Positions 1-8,081 of a stretch of 64,000 bases of DNA are shown one piece after another. The notes under the pieces were generated by a model. The model was given only the letters and a program-made list of their open reading frames with translations. It had not been told where the DNA came from and made no database searches. The stretch covers positions 6,014-70,013 of the forward strand of contig JAQBZZ010000003.1 of the NCBI GenBank assembly GCA_027622595.1, given 5' to 3'. How positions within the stretch are numbered: position 1 is the stretch's first letter; every line of letters begins with the position of its first letter. This stretch comes from Chloroflexota bacterium. GTDB taxonomy: Bacteria; Chloroflexota; Dehalococcoidia; Lucifugimonadales; UBA2985. The position numbers and the translations under genes are program-made.

Positions 1-1140
1 TTACTCGAGATACTGCGGGGATGTCCAGGCCACGGGATGCAAGGTTGGTGGCCACCAGAAGGTTTGCATTCCCAGAGCGGAAGCCCTGCATAGCCCGATC
101 CCGCTGAGACTGGCTCATTTTCCCATGGATTGCCGCCACTGTGTAGCTAGATCGGTCTAGAAATTCCGCTACTCGCTCCACACCCCGCTGAGTCCGACAG
201 AATATTATCGTCTGACCTTCGTGGTCTTTTATCAGGAGTTCCTTCAGGCCGGCGTTGCGGTCTCGCATCGCCACTTCATAGTAGATCTGATCCACTCCAG
301 ACACGGTCTGGGACTCTTCGCCAACCCTGATCCACTCTGGGGACTTCAGGTGCTTGGCGACCATTCGACGGATGGGTGTTGGCATAGTGGCCGAAAATAG
401 GGCCGTCTGCCGCGAGTCGGGGACCTGACGCAGTATTTCCTCGATGTCGTCTGCGAAGCCAATGTCCAACATCTCATCGGCCTCGTCAAGGACGGCAAGT
501 TCGACGGTGCGCAGACTAAGGGTGCCTCTTCTCAGATGGTCAAGCATCCGACCGGGGGTTCCAACCACAATATGGGCACCGCGTCTCAGGTCGCGTATCT
601 GGCGGTCGATATTCTGACCCCCATAGATTGCCACGACTCGGATACCTCGGTTTAGCCCAATGCGGGCCAACTCTGCCGTAACCTGAACGGCCAATTCTCT
701 GGTGGGCGTGAGCACCAACGCTTGCACTTCTGATTGAAGAGTATTGATGGACTCAAGCAGAGGTATTCCAAAGGCAGCGGTCTTACCAGTCCCGGTTTGC
801 GCCTGGCCTACAACGTCCTTGCCGTTCAGGAGGGCAGGGATGACCCTGATCTGGATAGGCGTCGGCTGTTCATACCCCATTTCTTGCAGTGCAATGGAAA
901 TTGGGGCAGAAACATCCAACTCTCCAAACTTCTTATCCCTGGGAAGTGGCTCAGATGCCGAGGCGGGGGGTCTTGCTGATTCGTTCCTGGGGGGAAGGCC
1001 GCGGAAGCGGCGAAAATTCGGTCTACTGTAGTTGTTATTATGCGAATCTCGATTTGGTGTAACGTACGACGTAGCTATGAGTATGTACCTTCTTCTTAAA
1101 TTCGTGGCTCGGACAGAGGATTACATGGGGGAACGGGCAC
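1..1140 (-). CDS. DEAD-box ATP-dependent RNA helicase (C-terminal end runs off window start; N-terminal start unresolved)
   Basis: Reverse-strand translation gives KFGELDVSAPISIALQEMGYEQPTPIQ and AQTGTGKTAAFGIPLL (about 780-930) and VLDEADEMLDIGF (455-493). The frame is open up to a TGA at 1165-1167. The only in-frame canonical start upstream of the Q motif is GTG at 1138-1140. Absent from the ORF track because there is no stop inside the window. Confidence 0.85.
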
Positions 1141-1239
1141 GTAAAAAGAAGTTACACACCCTTTTCAACATCTAGCACTGTAAGGTCACTTCGCAAACTA
1201 TATCACAATATTTGACGAAATGCACGCGGGCCAGCGGCC

Positions 1240-1398
1240 TCACTGCCCGTGGCACTTCTTGTATTTCTGGCCGCTTCCGCACGGGCACTTTTCGTTCCGT
1301 CCAACCTTCCCGTTTTGTCGGAGTATGAACCGCTTTTCTTCACAGCTGGCACATGTACATGCTGGAGGATGCTTGGCAAACCAGGTGGGTCTTACCAT
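1240..1398 (-). CDS. small SEC-C motif (metal-binding) protein, 52 aa
   Basis: Manual translation: [52 protein letters not shown]. The C-terminal CPCGSGxKYKKCHG is the SEC-C motif. AGAGGA lies 7 nt upstream of the ATG. Below the 60-aa cutoff of the ORF track. Confidence 0.7.
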   Translation of the reverse strand: MVRPTWFAKHPPACTCASCEEKRFILRQNGKVGRNEKCPCGSGQKYKKCHGQ

Positions 1399-1529
1399 CA
1401 GTAATTCCTCTTTCGTGTGGCCGGAATCTATCCCGTTGGAATTCTATAACGAACAAGCGGGTAATGGCTAGGGCAATCGGCTGCCCTGGCATTACCTCGG
1501 TCCATCAATTAAGTTGGGTGCGCTCAGCT

Positions 1530-1835
1530 CTATTTAAGTACTGTGACGTGCCCATAGTGCACGTGGCCACCGGCCTCAGCGACGGCCGTTATTACAGCAT
1601 CCAGTGCTCGAACATCGAAGTCTGGATCGCCAAAGATGGGGCTTGCGCTCAGCGAAAGTGAAACCATCTCGGTGTCAATCGACGAGACTCTGTACTCGAC
1701 ATCGAAGAACGAGTCAACCGTGAAGGTGTAGCCGTCCAGACCGCTCGACCCTATATTCGAGATGTAGGAAATATCAAAGAACGAGTCAACTTGGAAGGTG
1801 CCATTTTCTCGCACTACTTGGATCATATCAGCCAT
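1530..1835 (-). CDS. hypothetical protein; probable downstream part of a split secreted-protein gene
   Basis: 101-aa ORF with an internal repeat (FQVDSFFDISY / FTVDSFFDVEY). It becomes contiguous with ORF 1840-2013 if one copy of a 7-bp tandem duplication is removed. Confidence 0.5.
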   Translation of the reverse strand: MADMIQVVRENGTFQVDSFFDISYISNIGSSGLDGYTFTVDSFFDVEYRVSSIDTEMVSLSLSASPIFGDPDFDVRALDAVITAVAEAGGHVHYGHVTVLK

Positions 1836-1839
1836 GGTA

Positions 1840-2013
1840 TTAGGACCAGTGCCGTCCGGCGCCCATCCCAGTTCCCAGTTCGATCAAAAGGTCCACCTGA
1901 GCATTACCATTCGGTACCGACGCAGCCTGCACATTAGGACGGAATGCCATCAGGCCCACTGCGACCAGTATAGCGATCAATCCTACCAGTGAAACAATAC
2001 CTACTCTCTTCAT
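1840..2013 (-). CDS. signal-peptide-bearing N-terminal fragment of the split secreted protein
   Basis: MKRVGIVSLVGLIAILVAVGLMAFRPNVQAAS is a typical signal peptide. AGGAG lies 7 nt upstream of ATG 2013, and the track's TTG at 2028 lies inside that SD. The ORF ends 4 nt before the next ORF, just after the CCCAGTT x2 repeat. Confidence 0.5.
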   Translation of the reverse strand: MKRVGIVSLVGLIAILVAVGLMAFRPNVQAASVPNGNAQVDLLIELGTGMGAGRHWS

Positions 2014-2251
2014 GTAACTTCTCCTCAAATTGTTATTTTGGCCGCGCCGTAATTCAGTGCCGCATATAGTGCCAAATCATAACACGATGTCTCCCGCGCC
2101 GTGCTGCATCAATGTCATCGAAAGAGTGTGCAAGGGCAATCAATCGTGGGGCAGTAGCGGATCATATCAAATACTGACAAAGCCTGAAGTCGACTGGGCT
2201 GTTTCCACGGCTTGGCCCTGTTCCATATGGGCAATTCCCTCAGCTTGTTCT

Positions 2252-2701
2252 ATGATTGGTCTGATGAGAACGATGCTCGGAAAAGCGCGCTGGTATCTGC
2301 TCCTTCTCCTGTTGCCGATGGCCCTTGCCACAGGGTCCTGCGGCATGATGGGACACATGGGACCAATTGCGCCCCGCCCTGAAGTGACCCCCGCTCCTAC
2401 AGCCACCCCTGGAGGTTCAGCCACCGTGAGCTACCGCGAAGACATAGCCCCGCTTCTGAAAAAGGACTGCGTCTCATGCCACGGGGGTCAGATAGGCCTC
2501 TACCTGGACTCTTACGGCACTCTGCTGTCTGGCAGCTCATGGGGCAGGGTCGTAATTCCAGGCGACACGTCAAATAGCACCCTGTTGCAGCGTATCAAGG
2601 GAGAGATACAGCCGCGAATGCCCCTGAACAGGCCATCCATGTCCTTGGATGAGATCGCGCTCATCGAGACCTGGATACGGGAAGGCGCGGCCAACAACTA
2701 G
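2252..2701 (+). CDS. lipoprotein with planctomycete-type cytochrome c (CxxCH) domain
   Basis: Signal peptide plus Cys (LLLLLPMALATGSC), then DIAPLLKKDCVSCHGG...VIPGDTSNSTLLQRI...MP...LSLDEIALIETWIREGA. The upstream 74 codons of the track ORF look non-coding. The start could be ATG 2252, 2264 or 2273. Confidence 0.7.
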   Translation: MIGLMRTMLGKARWYLLLLLLPMALATGSCGMMGHMGPIAPRPEVTPAPTATPGGSATVSYREDIAPLLKKDCVSCHGGQIGLYLDSYGTLLSGSSWGRVVIPGDTSNSTLLQRIKGEIQPRMPLNRPSMSLDEIALIETWIREGAANN

Positions 2702-2918
2702 TTTCTCCACAAGACATCATCACGGTATCATCAGCATATCGGGTATCCACAAGAAGACCCGCTGTCCCTGGACCACTGGAAGCCGCCATACCGTGACGAA
2801 AAACGCAATCAGCCGATTGCGCTATCTGGAAGACGATACGTGGATACAGGGGTGTATTCAGTCATTGTGATGAATTACACAGATGGAGTGCCGCCGTATA
2901 CCGTACGATTACAGAAGA

Positions 2919-2947
2919 TTGACTATCTCAAAATCGTGCCTTATTAT
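2919..2947 (+). promoter_or_regulatory. sigma70-like promoter TTGACT-17-TATTAT
   Basis: -35 at 2919-2924, a 17-nt spacer, and -10 at 2942-2947, about 35 nt upstream of the DUF35 gene start. Confidence 0.5.
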
Positions 2948-2981
2948 GCCCGTGTCCTGTATTTTCGAGCGGAGGTGAGCG

Positions 2982-3392
2982 TTGCCCAAGCAAGCCCCTG
3001 TCCCGGATGAGTTGAGCAAGCCCTTCTGGGATGCCTGTAACGAGCGGCGACTGGTGGTGCAGAACTGCACGGCGTGCAACAGGATGCAATATCCCCCGGA
3101 GCAGACGTGTTCAGAATGCGGTTCTGAGCATAATTTGGAGTGGCGCGAGGTGAGCGGGCGTGGCAAGGTGAACGGCTATTGCGTGATGCACGACTCCCGC
3201 ATCAGGCTGCTCCAGGCAGACCAGCCGTTCAACATAGTGGTGATAGAGTTGGAAGAAGACCCTGCAATCAAGTTCCTATCGCACCTGCCCGGGACACCGG
3301 TGGACCAGGTCCCTGTTGGGGCCAGTGTCCTAGTGGACTTCCAGGAGGTAGGGCCCGGCCAGTTGATACACGAGTGGCGGGTGGTTGGTTAG
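2982..3392 (+). CDS. DUF35 OB-fold / C4 zinc-ribbon acyl-CoA-associated protein (copy 1)
   Basis: SKPFWDACNERRLVVQNCTACNRMQYPPEQTCSECGS followed by an OB-fold-like tail. GGAGGTG lies 5 nt before the TTG start. Paired with the downstream thiolase-like gene. Confidence 0.85.
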   Translation: MPKQAPVPDELSKPFWDACNERRLVVQNCTACNRMQYPPEQTCSECGSEHNLEWREVSGRGKVNGYCVMHDSRIRLLQADQPFNIVVIELEEDPAIKFLSHLPGTPVDQVPVGASVLVDFQEVGPGQLIHEWRVVG

Positions 3393-3440
3393 ACCGCTCT
3401 GGTCTACCATAATTGGCATAAGGCATCACGCAGAGAGAGG

Positions 3441-4766
3441 GTGAAAATGGCACCAACCGGATGGTTTCCAACCACAAGAAATCGAAGCCAGGAGGGTCTG
3501 GGTGTATGGGAGCATCGCGGTAAGGTAGCCGTCGTCGGAATAGGCAACTCCCCGACGGCTCGGCGCTGGGACGAAACCGCGGATACCAGCGTCGGTGCCT
3601 GGGCTATCAGTGCGGCCCAGAAGGCCCTGGACGAAGCCGGGATTTCCAGAGACGAAGTCGATGGCGTGGTCACCTGCCCGCAGGGCATGGGAAGCCCCTG
3701 GGCGCCGAACCCGATACCGGAAGATTTTGCAAAGGCGTATGAGCCAACGGACAACCCCGACGATGGTCTTACAGGCGTATCCGCGGACTGGATCGTCAAG
3801 AACATGGGGTTGAAAAACGTAAAGGCCACATATCATACCCCGGCCTGCATCTCTCCCGCTCTGTGCGCCGGGGCCCAGGTCGTCGGCGACGGTGAGGCCA
3901 GCACAGTTCTGGTAATCAGGGGCACTGGCAACTTCTCGGGTCGGTACGGGCAGTATGGGGCAGCGGCGGGTGACACAGCGTCCGGGCCTGGTCAGTGGAC
4001 CAATCCCTGGGGCTGGCAGTTGATTCCCCAGATAGCCTATGGTTTCGACCAGTATTGCCGCAAATACGGCTCCAGTCATGACAGGATGGCCCCCTTCGTG
4101 CTCAACCAGCGCAAGAACGGTGCCCTGTTTCCAGAGGGATACTACTATCAGCACCGGCCTGATGATCTCAAAATAAGTGTTGAGGAGTACCTATCCGCGC
4201 GGTGGATATGCAAGCCCATGAATATCTACGACTGCGACATGCCGATCCATACCGCCGGGGCCTTTTTACTCACCACCGCGGAACGGGCAGTGAACATGAA
4301 ACAAAAACCCGTGTACGTCCTCAACCACGTCTCGCAGAGGGCTAAGGTACGGAGCAGTGTTGAGACCCTGGATGAGACGGAGGCGTTCACCGACAGCATC
4401 GCCCGTAAGGTATATGAGGGATCAGGTTTGACCGCAAGCGAGTTGGACATCTGCAACCCCTACGACGGATTCACCCTCTTCACCCAGTATTTCCTGGAAG
4501 GCCTGCAGTGGCACGGTGTGCAGAGGGGTGAAGCCCACGACTTCTATGCCGGAGACATCAGCGTCAAGGGGCCGCATCCATTCAGCTCCAGTGGGGGCAA
4601 CAACGGCAATGGGCGAACGCGCTGGTGGAATCAACTCGATTGCATTCAGCAGCTGCGCGGAACGGCAGGGGAGCGGCAGGTTACTCTAAAGGCCGAGACG
4701 GCGCTGGCCGGTGCCTTCACCCCTAACATGTCCGACTGGATGGTATACGGCACCAGCCCTGACTAA
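3441..4766 (+). CDS. thiolase-like (SCP-x / lipid-transfer-type) protein (copy 1)
   Basis: 441 aa with KVAVVGIGNS, HTPACISPALCAGAQVV, a NPYDGF-type segment, and SSGGNNGNGRTRWWNQLDCIQQLRGTAGERQV. This is the typical partner of DUF35 proteins. Confidence 0.85.
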   Translation: MKMAPTGWFPTTRNRSQEGLGVWEHRGKVAVVGIGNSPTARRWDETADTSVGAWAISAAQKALDEAGISRDEVDGVVTCPQGMGSPWAPNPIPEDFAKAYEPTDNPDDGLTGVSADWIVKNMGLKNVKATYHTPACISPALCAGAQVVGDGEASTVLVIRGTGNFSGRYGQYGAAAGDTASGPGQWTNPWGWQLIPQIAYGFDQYCRKYGSSHDRMAPFVLNQRKNGALFPEGYYYQHRPDDLKISVEEYLSARWICKPMNIYDCDMPIHTAGAFLLTTAERAVNMKQKPVYVLNHVSQRAKVRSSVETLDETEAFTDSIARKVYEGSGLTASELDICNPYDGFTLFTQYFLEGLQWHGVQRGEAHDFYAGDISVKGPHPFSSSGGNNGNGRTRWWNQLDCIQQLRGTAGERQVTLKAETALAGAFTPNMSDWMVYGTSPD

Positions 4767-4795
4767 ACCGTCCGGTCTGATAAGACGGCTTGATT

Positions 4796-4837
4796 AACCT
4801 ATCGCTTACTCACTCCTCGGAGAGTAAGCAATAGGTT
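4796..4837 (+). terminator. 16-bp stem hairpin after thiolase-like gene 1 (no U-tract)
   Basis: AACCTATCGCTTACTC / GAGTAAGCAATAGGTT with 1 mismatch and a 10-nt loop. Confidence 0.35.
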
Positions 4838-5094
4838 CAAAAGATGACGGTGGCCGGTTGATAAGCCAGCTCCACCTGTATATGCGGATACGGTACGTAT
4901 ATGTGGAAAGGGGGGATCAACCGCACCAGATCAGAATGCGCCAGCGTTCATGAAGCCTGTGGGAAGCTTACCGCAACGGCAATAATGGGGCTGGCTAATA
5001 AAACACGATGGGATATGTACTGGAGCCATCGTTATAGATTATAATGCACCATCGCTGGGACTGAAGCCCACAAAATCTGGAAACGAGGTGACAC

Positions 5095-5502
5095 ATGGCA
5101 AAGCTAATACCGGTACCCGATGATTTGAGCAAGCCTTTCTGGGACGCCATAAATGAGAAGCGGTTGGTGGTGCAGAACTGCACCGGTTGCAATACCATGC
5201 AGTACCCGCCACGAGCGGCCTGTCAGCACTGTGGGTCCGACAAGTTTGAATGGAAAGAGACAAGCGGGAAGGGTCATATCCTGTCCTTCTTCGTCACGTA
5301 TGACGGCAGGTACCAGCGGCGCATACCCGACCAGCCCTACAACGTGGCCATTGTAACCCTGGACGAAGACCCCGGCATCAATTTCTATGCCAACCTTGGC
5401 GGACAGCCCCCCAGGCAGGTTCCCGTAGGGGCAGCGGTAGAGGTGGTATTTGAGGAGGTTGCACCCGGCCAGCTGATCCACGACTGGAAAGTCGTAAGCT
5501 AG
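5095..5502 (+). CDS. DUF35 OB-fold / zinc-ribbon protein (copy 2)
   Basis: SKPFWDAINEKRLVVQNCTGCNTMQYPPRAACQHCGS. Clearly a paralog of 2982-3392. Confidence 0.85.
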   Translation: MAKLIPVPDDLSKPFWDAINEKRLVVQNCTGCNTMQYPPRAACQHCGSDKFEWKETSGKGHILSFFVTYDGRYQRRIPDQPYNVAIVTLDEDPGINFYANLGGQPPRQVPVGAAVEVVFEEVAPGQLIHDWKVVS

Positions 5503-5549
5503 GCTACCTTAGGTTTACAGTACCAAGCCACGCATAGTAAGGAGAGAAA

Positions 5550-6875
5550 ATGACGACAGAATACACTGGATGGACAAGGAATAAAGAGGGATTGGGGCTA
5601 TGGCCTCACCAGGGCAAGGTCGCTATCGTGGGATGGGGCCAGTCAGACGTCGACCGGCGCTGGGACGGCGTCTCCATGGACAAGACCTATGGAGCCTACG
5701 GCATGAAGGCGATTCAGCAGGCACTGGATGACGCCGGTGTGAAGGCTGAGGATGTCGATGGAATGTTTGTCTGCCCCGAGACCGGAGCGGGAGCCACCGG
5801 CGGCGCCTCCGCCGACTGGGGGCCGTCGCGGCCGTACTTCGAGCCTCCCTACGACTCTGAGTGGGGACTCAGCCGGCTGAATGCCAAATGGATCATCGAC
5901 AACATGCCGGGTTTTACCAATGTCAAGTTCGCCCCTGACAACGTGCCTGCCATCGGTGAGCAGATGGGGATGGTCTCTCAGGCCGTTGCGGAGGGTAAGT
6001 GCCAGACCGCATTGCTGGTGTACGGGATGAACAACTTCGAAGGGCGGTATCGCCACGGCGGCGACAACGCGTCGGACTTCGCCCCCGGACCCAGGCAATG
6101 GAGTGCCCCCTGGAGCTCAGGCGACGGGTTGCAGCTCACCGGTGCCATCACAATCCAGCAGTATTGCGCAAGATATGGTGTGAACTGGGATGAGCTAATG
6201 GCCCCCGTGATCATAAACGAGCACAGGAACGGTCTCATGCATGATTGGGGCTTCTACTCCCTGCATGGTGCCTCCGGGCTTACCTACGAGGACTACGCAA
6301 ACGCTCGGCCTGTGCTCTGGCCCTGCAGGATATGGGACTGTGACCGGCCAACCAACGGGGTCGGCGCCTTCCTGTTCACCACCGGCGACCGCGCCAAGGA
6401 CATGAAGCAGAAGCCGGTCTATGTCCTCAACCACAACGGAGGACAAGGCGGGTCTGTGCGAAGCAGCCAGGAGACCCTGGACGAGTCGGAGGCCGGCAGG
6501 GCCATGGTGGCCCGGATGGCATACGAGGGCTCAGGTCTCCGTCCGGAAGACGTCGACATCTTCAACCCATACGATGGCTACTCCTTCTTCCTCCCGTTGA
6601 CCCTGGAGGGATTCGGGTGGCACGGAGTTGGTAAGGGTGATTCCAAAGACTTCTTCAACGGTGACATCTCGGTAGAGGGGCCTCATCCCTTCACCTCCGG
6701 CGGCGGGAACCTGGGTGTCGGACGCACCCGCACCGCCATGTATATTGACAGCATCCAGCAGCTCCGTGGAACGGCTGGCAAGCGCCAGGTCAATATCAAA
6801 GCTGAGACGGCGATCTGCGCCTTCGCTCCGGCGAGAAGCGCTGCATACATGTGCCTTTCCAGCGTCAAGCCCTAG
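5550..6875 (+). CDS. thiolase-like (SCP-x type) protein (copy 2)
   Basis: 441 aa, collinear with 3441-4766 (KVAIVGWGQS..., TSGGGNLGVGRTRTAMYIDSIQQLRGTAGKRQV). Confidence 0.85.
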   Translation: MTTEYTGWTRNKEGLGLWPHQGKVAIVGWGQSDVDRRWDGVSMDKTYGAYGMKAIQQALDDAGVKAEDVDGMFVCPETGAGATGGASADWGPSRPYFEPPYDSEWGLSRLNAKWIIDNMPGFTNVKFAPDNVPAIGEQMGMVSQAVAEGKCQTALLVYGMNNFEGRYRHGGDNASDFAPGPRQWSAPWSSGDGLQLTGAITIQQYCARYGVNWDELMAPVIINEHRNGLMHDWGFYSLHGASGLTYEDYANARPVLWPCRIWDCDRPTNGVGAFLFTTGDRAKDMKQKPVYVLNHNGGQGGSVRSSQETLDESEAGRAMVARMAYEGSGLRPEDVDIFNPYDGYSFFLPLTLEGFGWHGVGKGDSKDFFNGDISVEGPHPFTSGGGNLGVGRTRTAMYIDSIQQLRGTAGKRQVNIKAETAICAFAPARSAAYMCLSSVKP

Positions 6876-6898
6876 CCCTACAGGCTTGCGAGAACTTC

Positions 6899-6937
6899 AG
6901 TGGGCCTGCTCTCCAATGAAAGGGGAGCAGGCCCACT
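6899..6937 (+). terminator. 16-bp stem hairpin after thiolase-like gene 2
   Basis: AGTGGGCCTGCTCTCC / GGGGAGCAGGCCCACT with 1 mismatch and a 7-nt loop. No clear U-tract. Confidence 0.4.
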
Positions 6938-7068
6938 TGTATAACTGCAACGCGGCTTGCCGGAGACATCCGTATGCCAGCCCAGTGCCGCACGGGCTTT
7001 AACACAAAATTGGCGATTAGGATTGCATCCCGTGTCTGGTTGGCTGCAATCGTAGATCAGGCTTTTGC

Positions 7069-7097
7069 TTGACAAAAAGAACCCTCTTTCGTACCAT
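7069..7097 (+). promoter_or_regulatory. sigma70-like promoter TTGACA-17-TACCAT
   Basis: -35 at 7069-7074, a 17-nt spacer, and -10 at 7092-7097, upstream of the HAD gene. Confidence 0.5.
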
Positions 7098-7194
7098 GCC
7101 CGTTAGTGTGGTCATGTGTCATCAGCACTGGAGACAATTCCCGACACATGGCGTAATATAGGTTCCAGCACGACTCGAAAGGGGAGGGCCGTAC

Positions 7195-7776
7195 TTGAAG
7201 ATCCTGCTAAGTTTTGATATAGACGGTACCCTGGAGACAGGTGACCCACCCGGGCCTGTGACCCTGGATATGGTGAGAAGAGCTAGGGACATGGGATGCA
7301 TAATCGGCAGCGCCTCCGACCGTTCCATTTCATCCCAGACTGCCATGTGGGAGAGAAGCGAAATCGTAGTGGACTTCGTGGCCAATAAGCATGTCCTGAT
7401 GGAAATAAAGCAGCGGTTTGAGGCAGATTTCTACCTGCACCTGGGAGACAGGGAGTTGGATCGCCAGTTCGCTCGTGAGGCCGGGTTTGATTTCATGTGG
7501 ATGGATGAAGCTGCCTCTGAGCCTTGGATTGCCATACAAAATAGTGGCATAGCACAGGTGCCGGATGGTACAGGTGCTTCCATCATTGAAAAAGGTGTCC
7601 TCAACAGCAGTGGGCCAGCGGGAATAATCAAGCCTCCACAATTCTCCACATCCGATTGCAATGTGGTTAACAAAGAATACAACTGGTGTGAAACACACCA
7701 CAGGCCCATCTGGGAGTGCAAGAAATACGAGGCCGACCTCAAGGCACCACAGAAGGAAATGGACGGTCTTGACTGA
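7195..7776 (+). CDS. HAD-superfamily hydrolase with C-terminal extension
   Basis: Motif I FDIDGTLE at the N-terminus. GGGGAGGG precedes the TTG start. Confidence 0.75.
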   Translation: MKILLSFDIDGTLETGDPPGPVTLDMVRRARDMGCIIGSASDRSISSQTAMWERSEIVVDFVANKHVLMEIKQRFEADFYLHLGDRELDRQFAREAGFDFMWMDEAASEPWIAIQNSGIAQVPDGTGASIIEKGVLNSSGPAGIIKPPQFSTSDCNVVNKEYNWCETHHRPIWECKKYEADLKAPQKEMDGLD

Positions 7777-7875
7777 GTGGCGACGTCCGGGTGGAATCGC
7801 GGCCTCTGAACTGCCCTCTGGGGCATGCACCTCTCCCAAGACAGTCCGGATTGTATGAATGAATTGACGGCGAAA

Positions 7876-7904
7876 TTGACACGGGTTTAAGGGCGTGCTA
7901 TACT
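7876..7904 (+). promoter_or_regulatory. sigma70-like promoter TTGACA-17-TATACT driving the Cys leader
   Basis: -35 at 7876-7881, a 17-nt spacer, and -10 at 7899-7904. The ATG at 7915 is 10 nt after the -10. Confidence 0.6.
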
Positions 7905-7914
7905 CATGGCTAAG

Positions 7915-7965
7915 ATGTTTACGCATTATTTGTTGGTGAACTGCTGCTGTACCGGTGGACCATAG
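7915..7965 (+). CDS. polycysteine leader peptide MFTHYLLVNCCCTGGP (16 aa)
   Basis: Read directly: atg ttt acg cat tat ttg ttg gtg aac tgc tgc tgt acc ggt gga cca tag. Three consecutive Cys codons at 7942-7950. Located between a promoter and an intrinsic terminator, upstream of the sulfate assimilation genes. Confidence 0.6.
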   Translation: MFTHYLLVNCCCTGGP

Positions 7966-7993
7966 GGGCAGAATATATCTGCTGGAGTGCAGC

Positions 7994-8034
7994 GCGCCCC
8001 CTTCAACTGAGTTTGAAAGGGGCGCTTTTATTTT
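7994..8034 (+). terminator. intrinsic terminator (attenuator) in the leader of the tauE-cysH-cysC-sat operon
   Basis: GCGCCCCCTTC (7994-8004) / GAAAGGGGCGC (8015-8025) with a 7-bp GC core and 1 mismatch, then TTTTATTTT (8026-8034). Confidence 0.7.
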
Positions 8035-8081
8035 GCCCTGTTTTTCTGTAACTACAACTACCGCACTGAATTGGACGACAA

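Noticed and set aside
3426-4154. 242-aa minus-strand ORF
   Set aside because: Antisense to thiolase-like gene 1.
7906-7914. Upstream ATG (7906) that would give a 19-aa leader MAKMFTHYLLVNCCCTGGP
   Set aside because: It lies 1 nt after the -10 hexamer, so it is probably not transcribed from the identified promoter. ATG 7915 matches the spacing seen at the sir leader. It is not fully excluded if another promoter is used.
7905-8034. Possible SAM (S-box) or other riboswitch upstream of the cys operon
   Set aside because: I could not find the conserved S-box/SAM-II cores. The short Cys-codon ORF plus the anti-terminator/terminator geometry explains the region better.
7955-8081. N-terminal 40+ codons of the 302-aa track ORF 7955-8863
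   Set aside because: This part runs through the leader stop codon, the terminator hairpin and the U-tract. Only the C-terminal about 120 codons (from about 8480) look like TauE/SafE. The long ORF is an artefact of an open frame.
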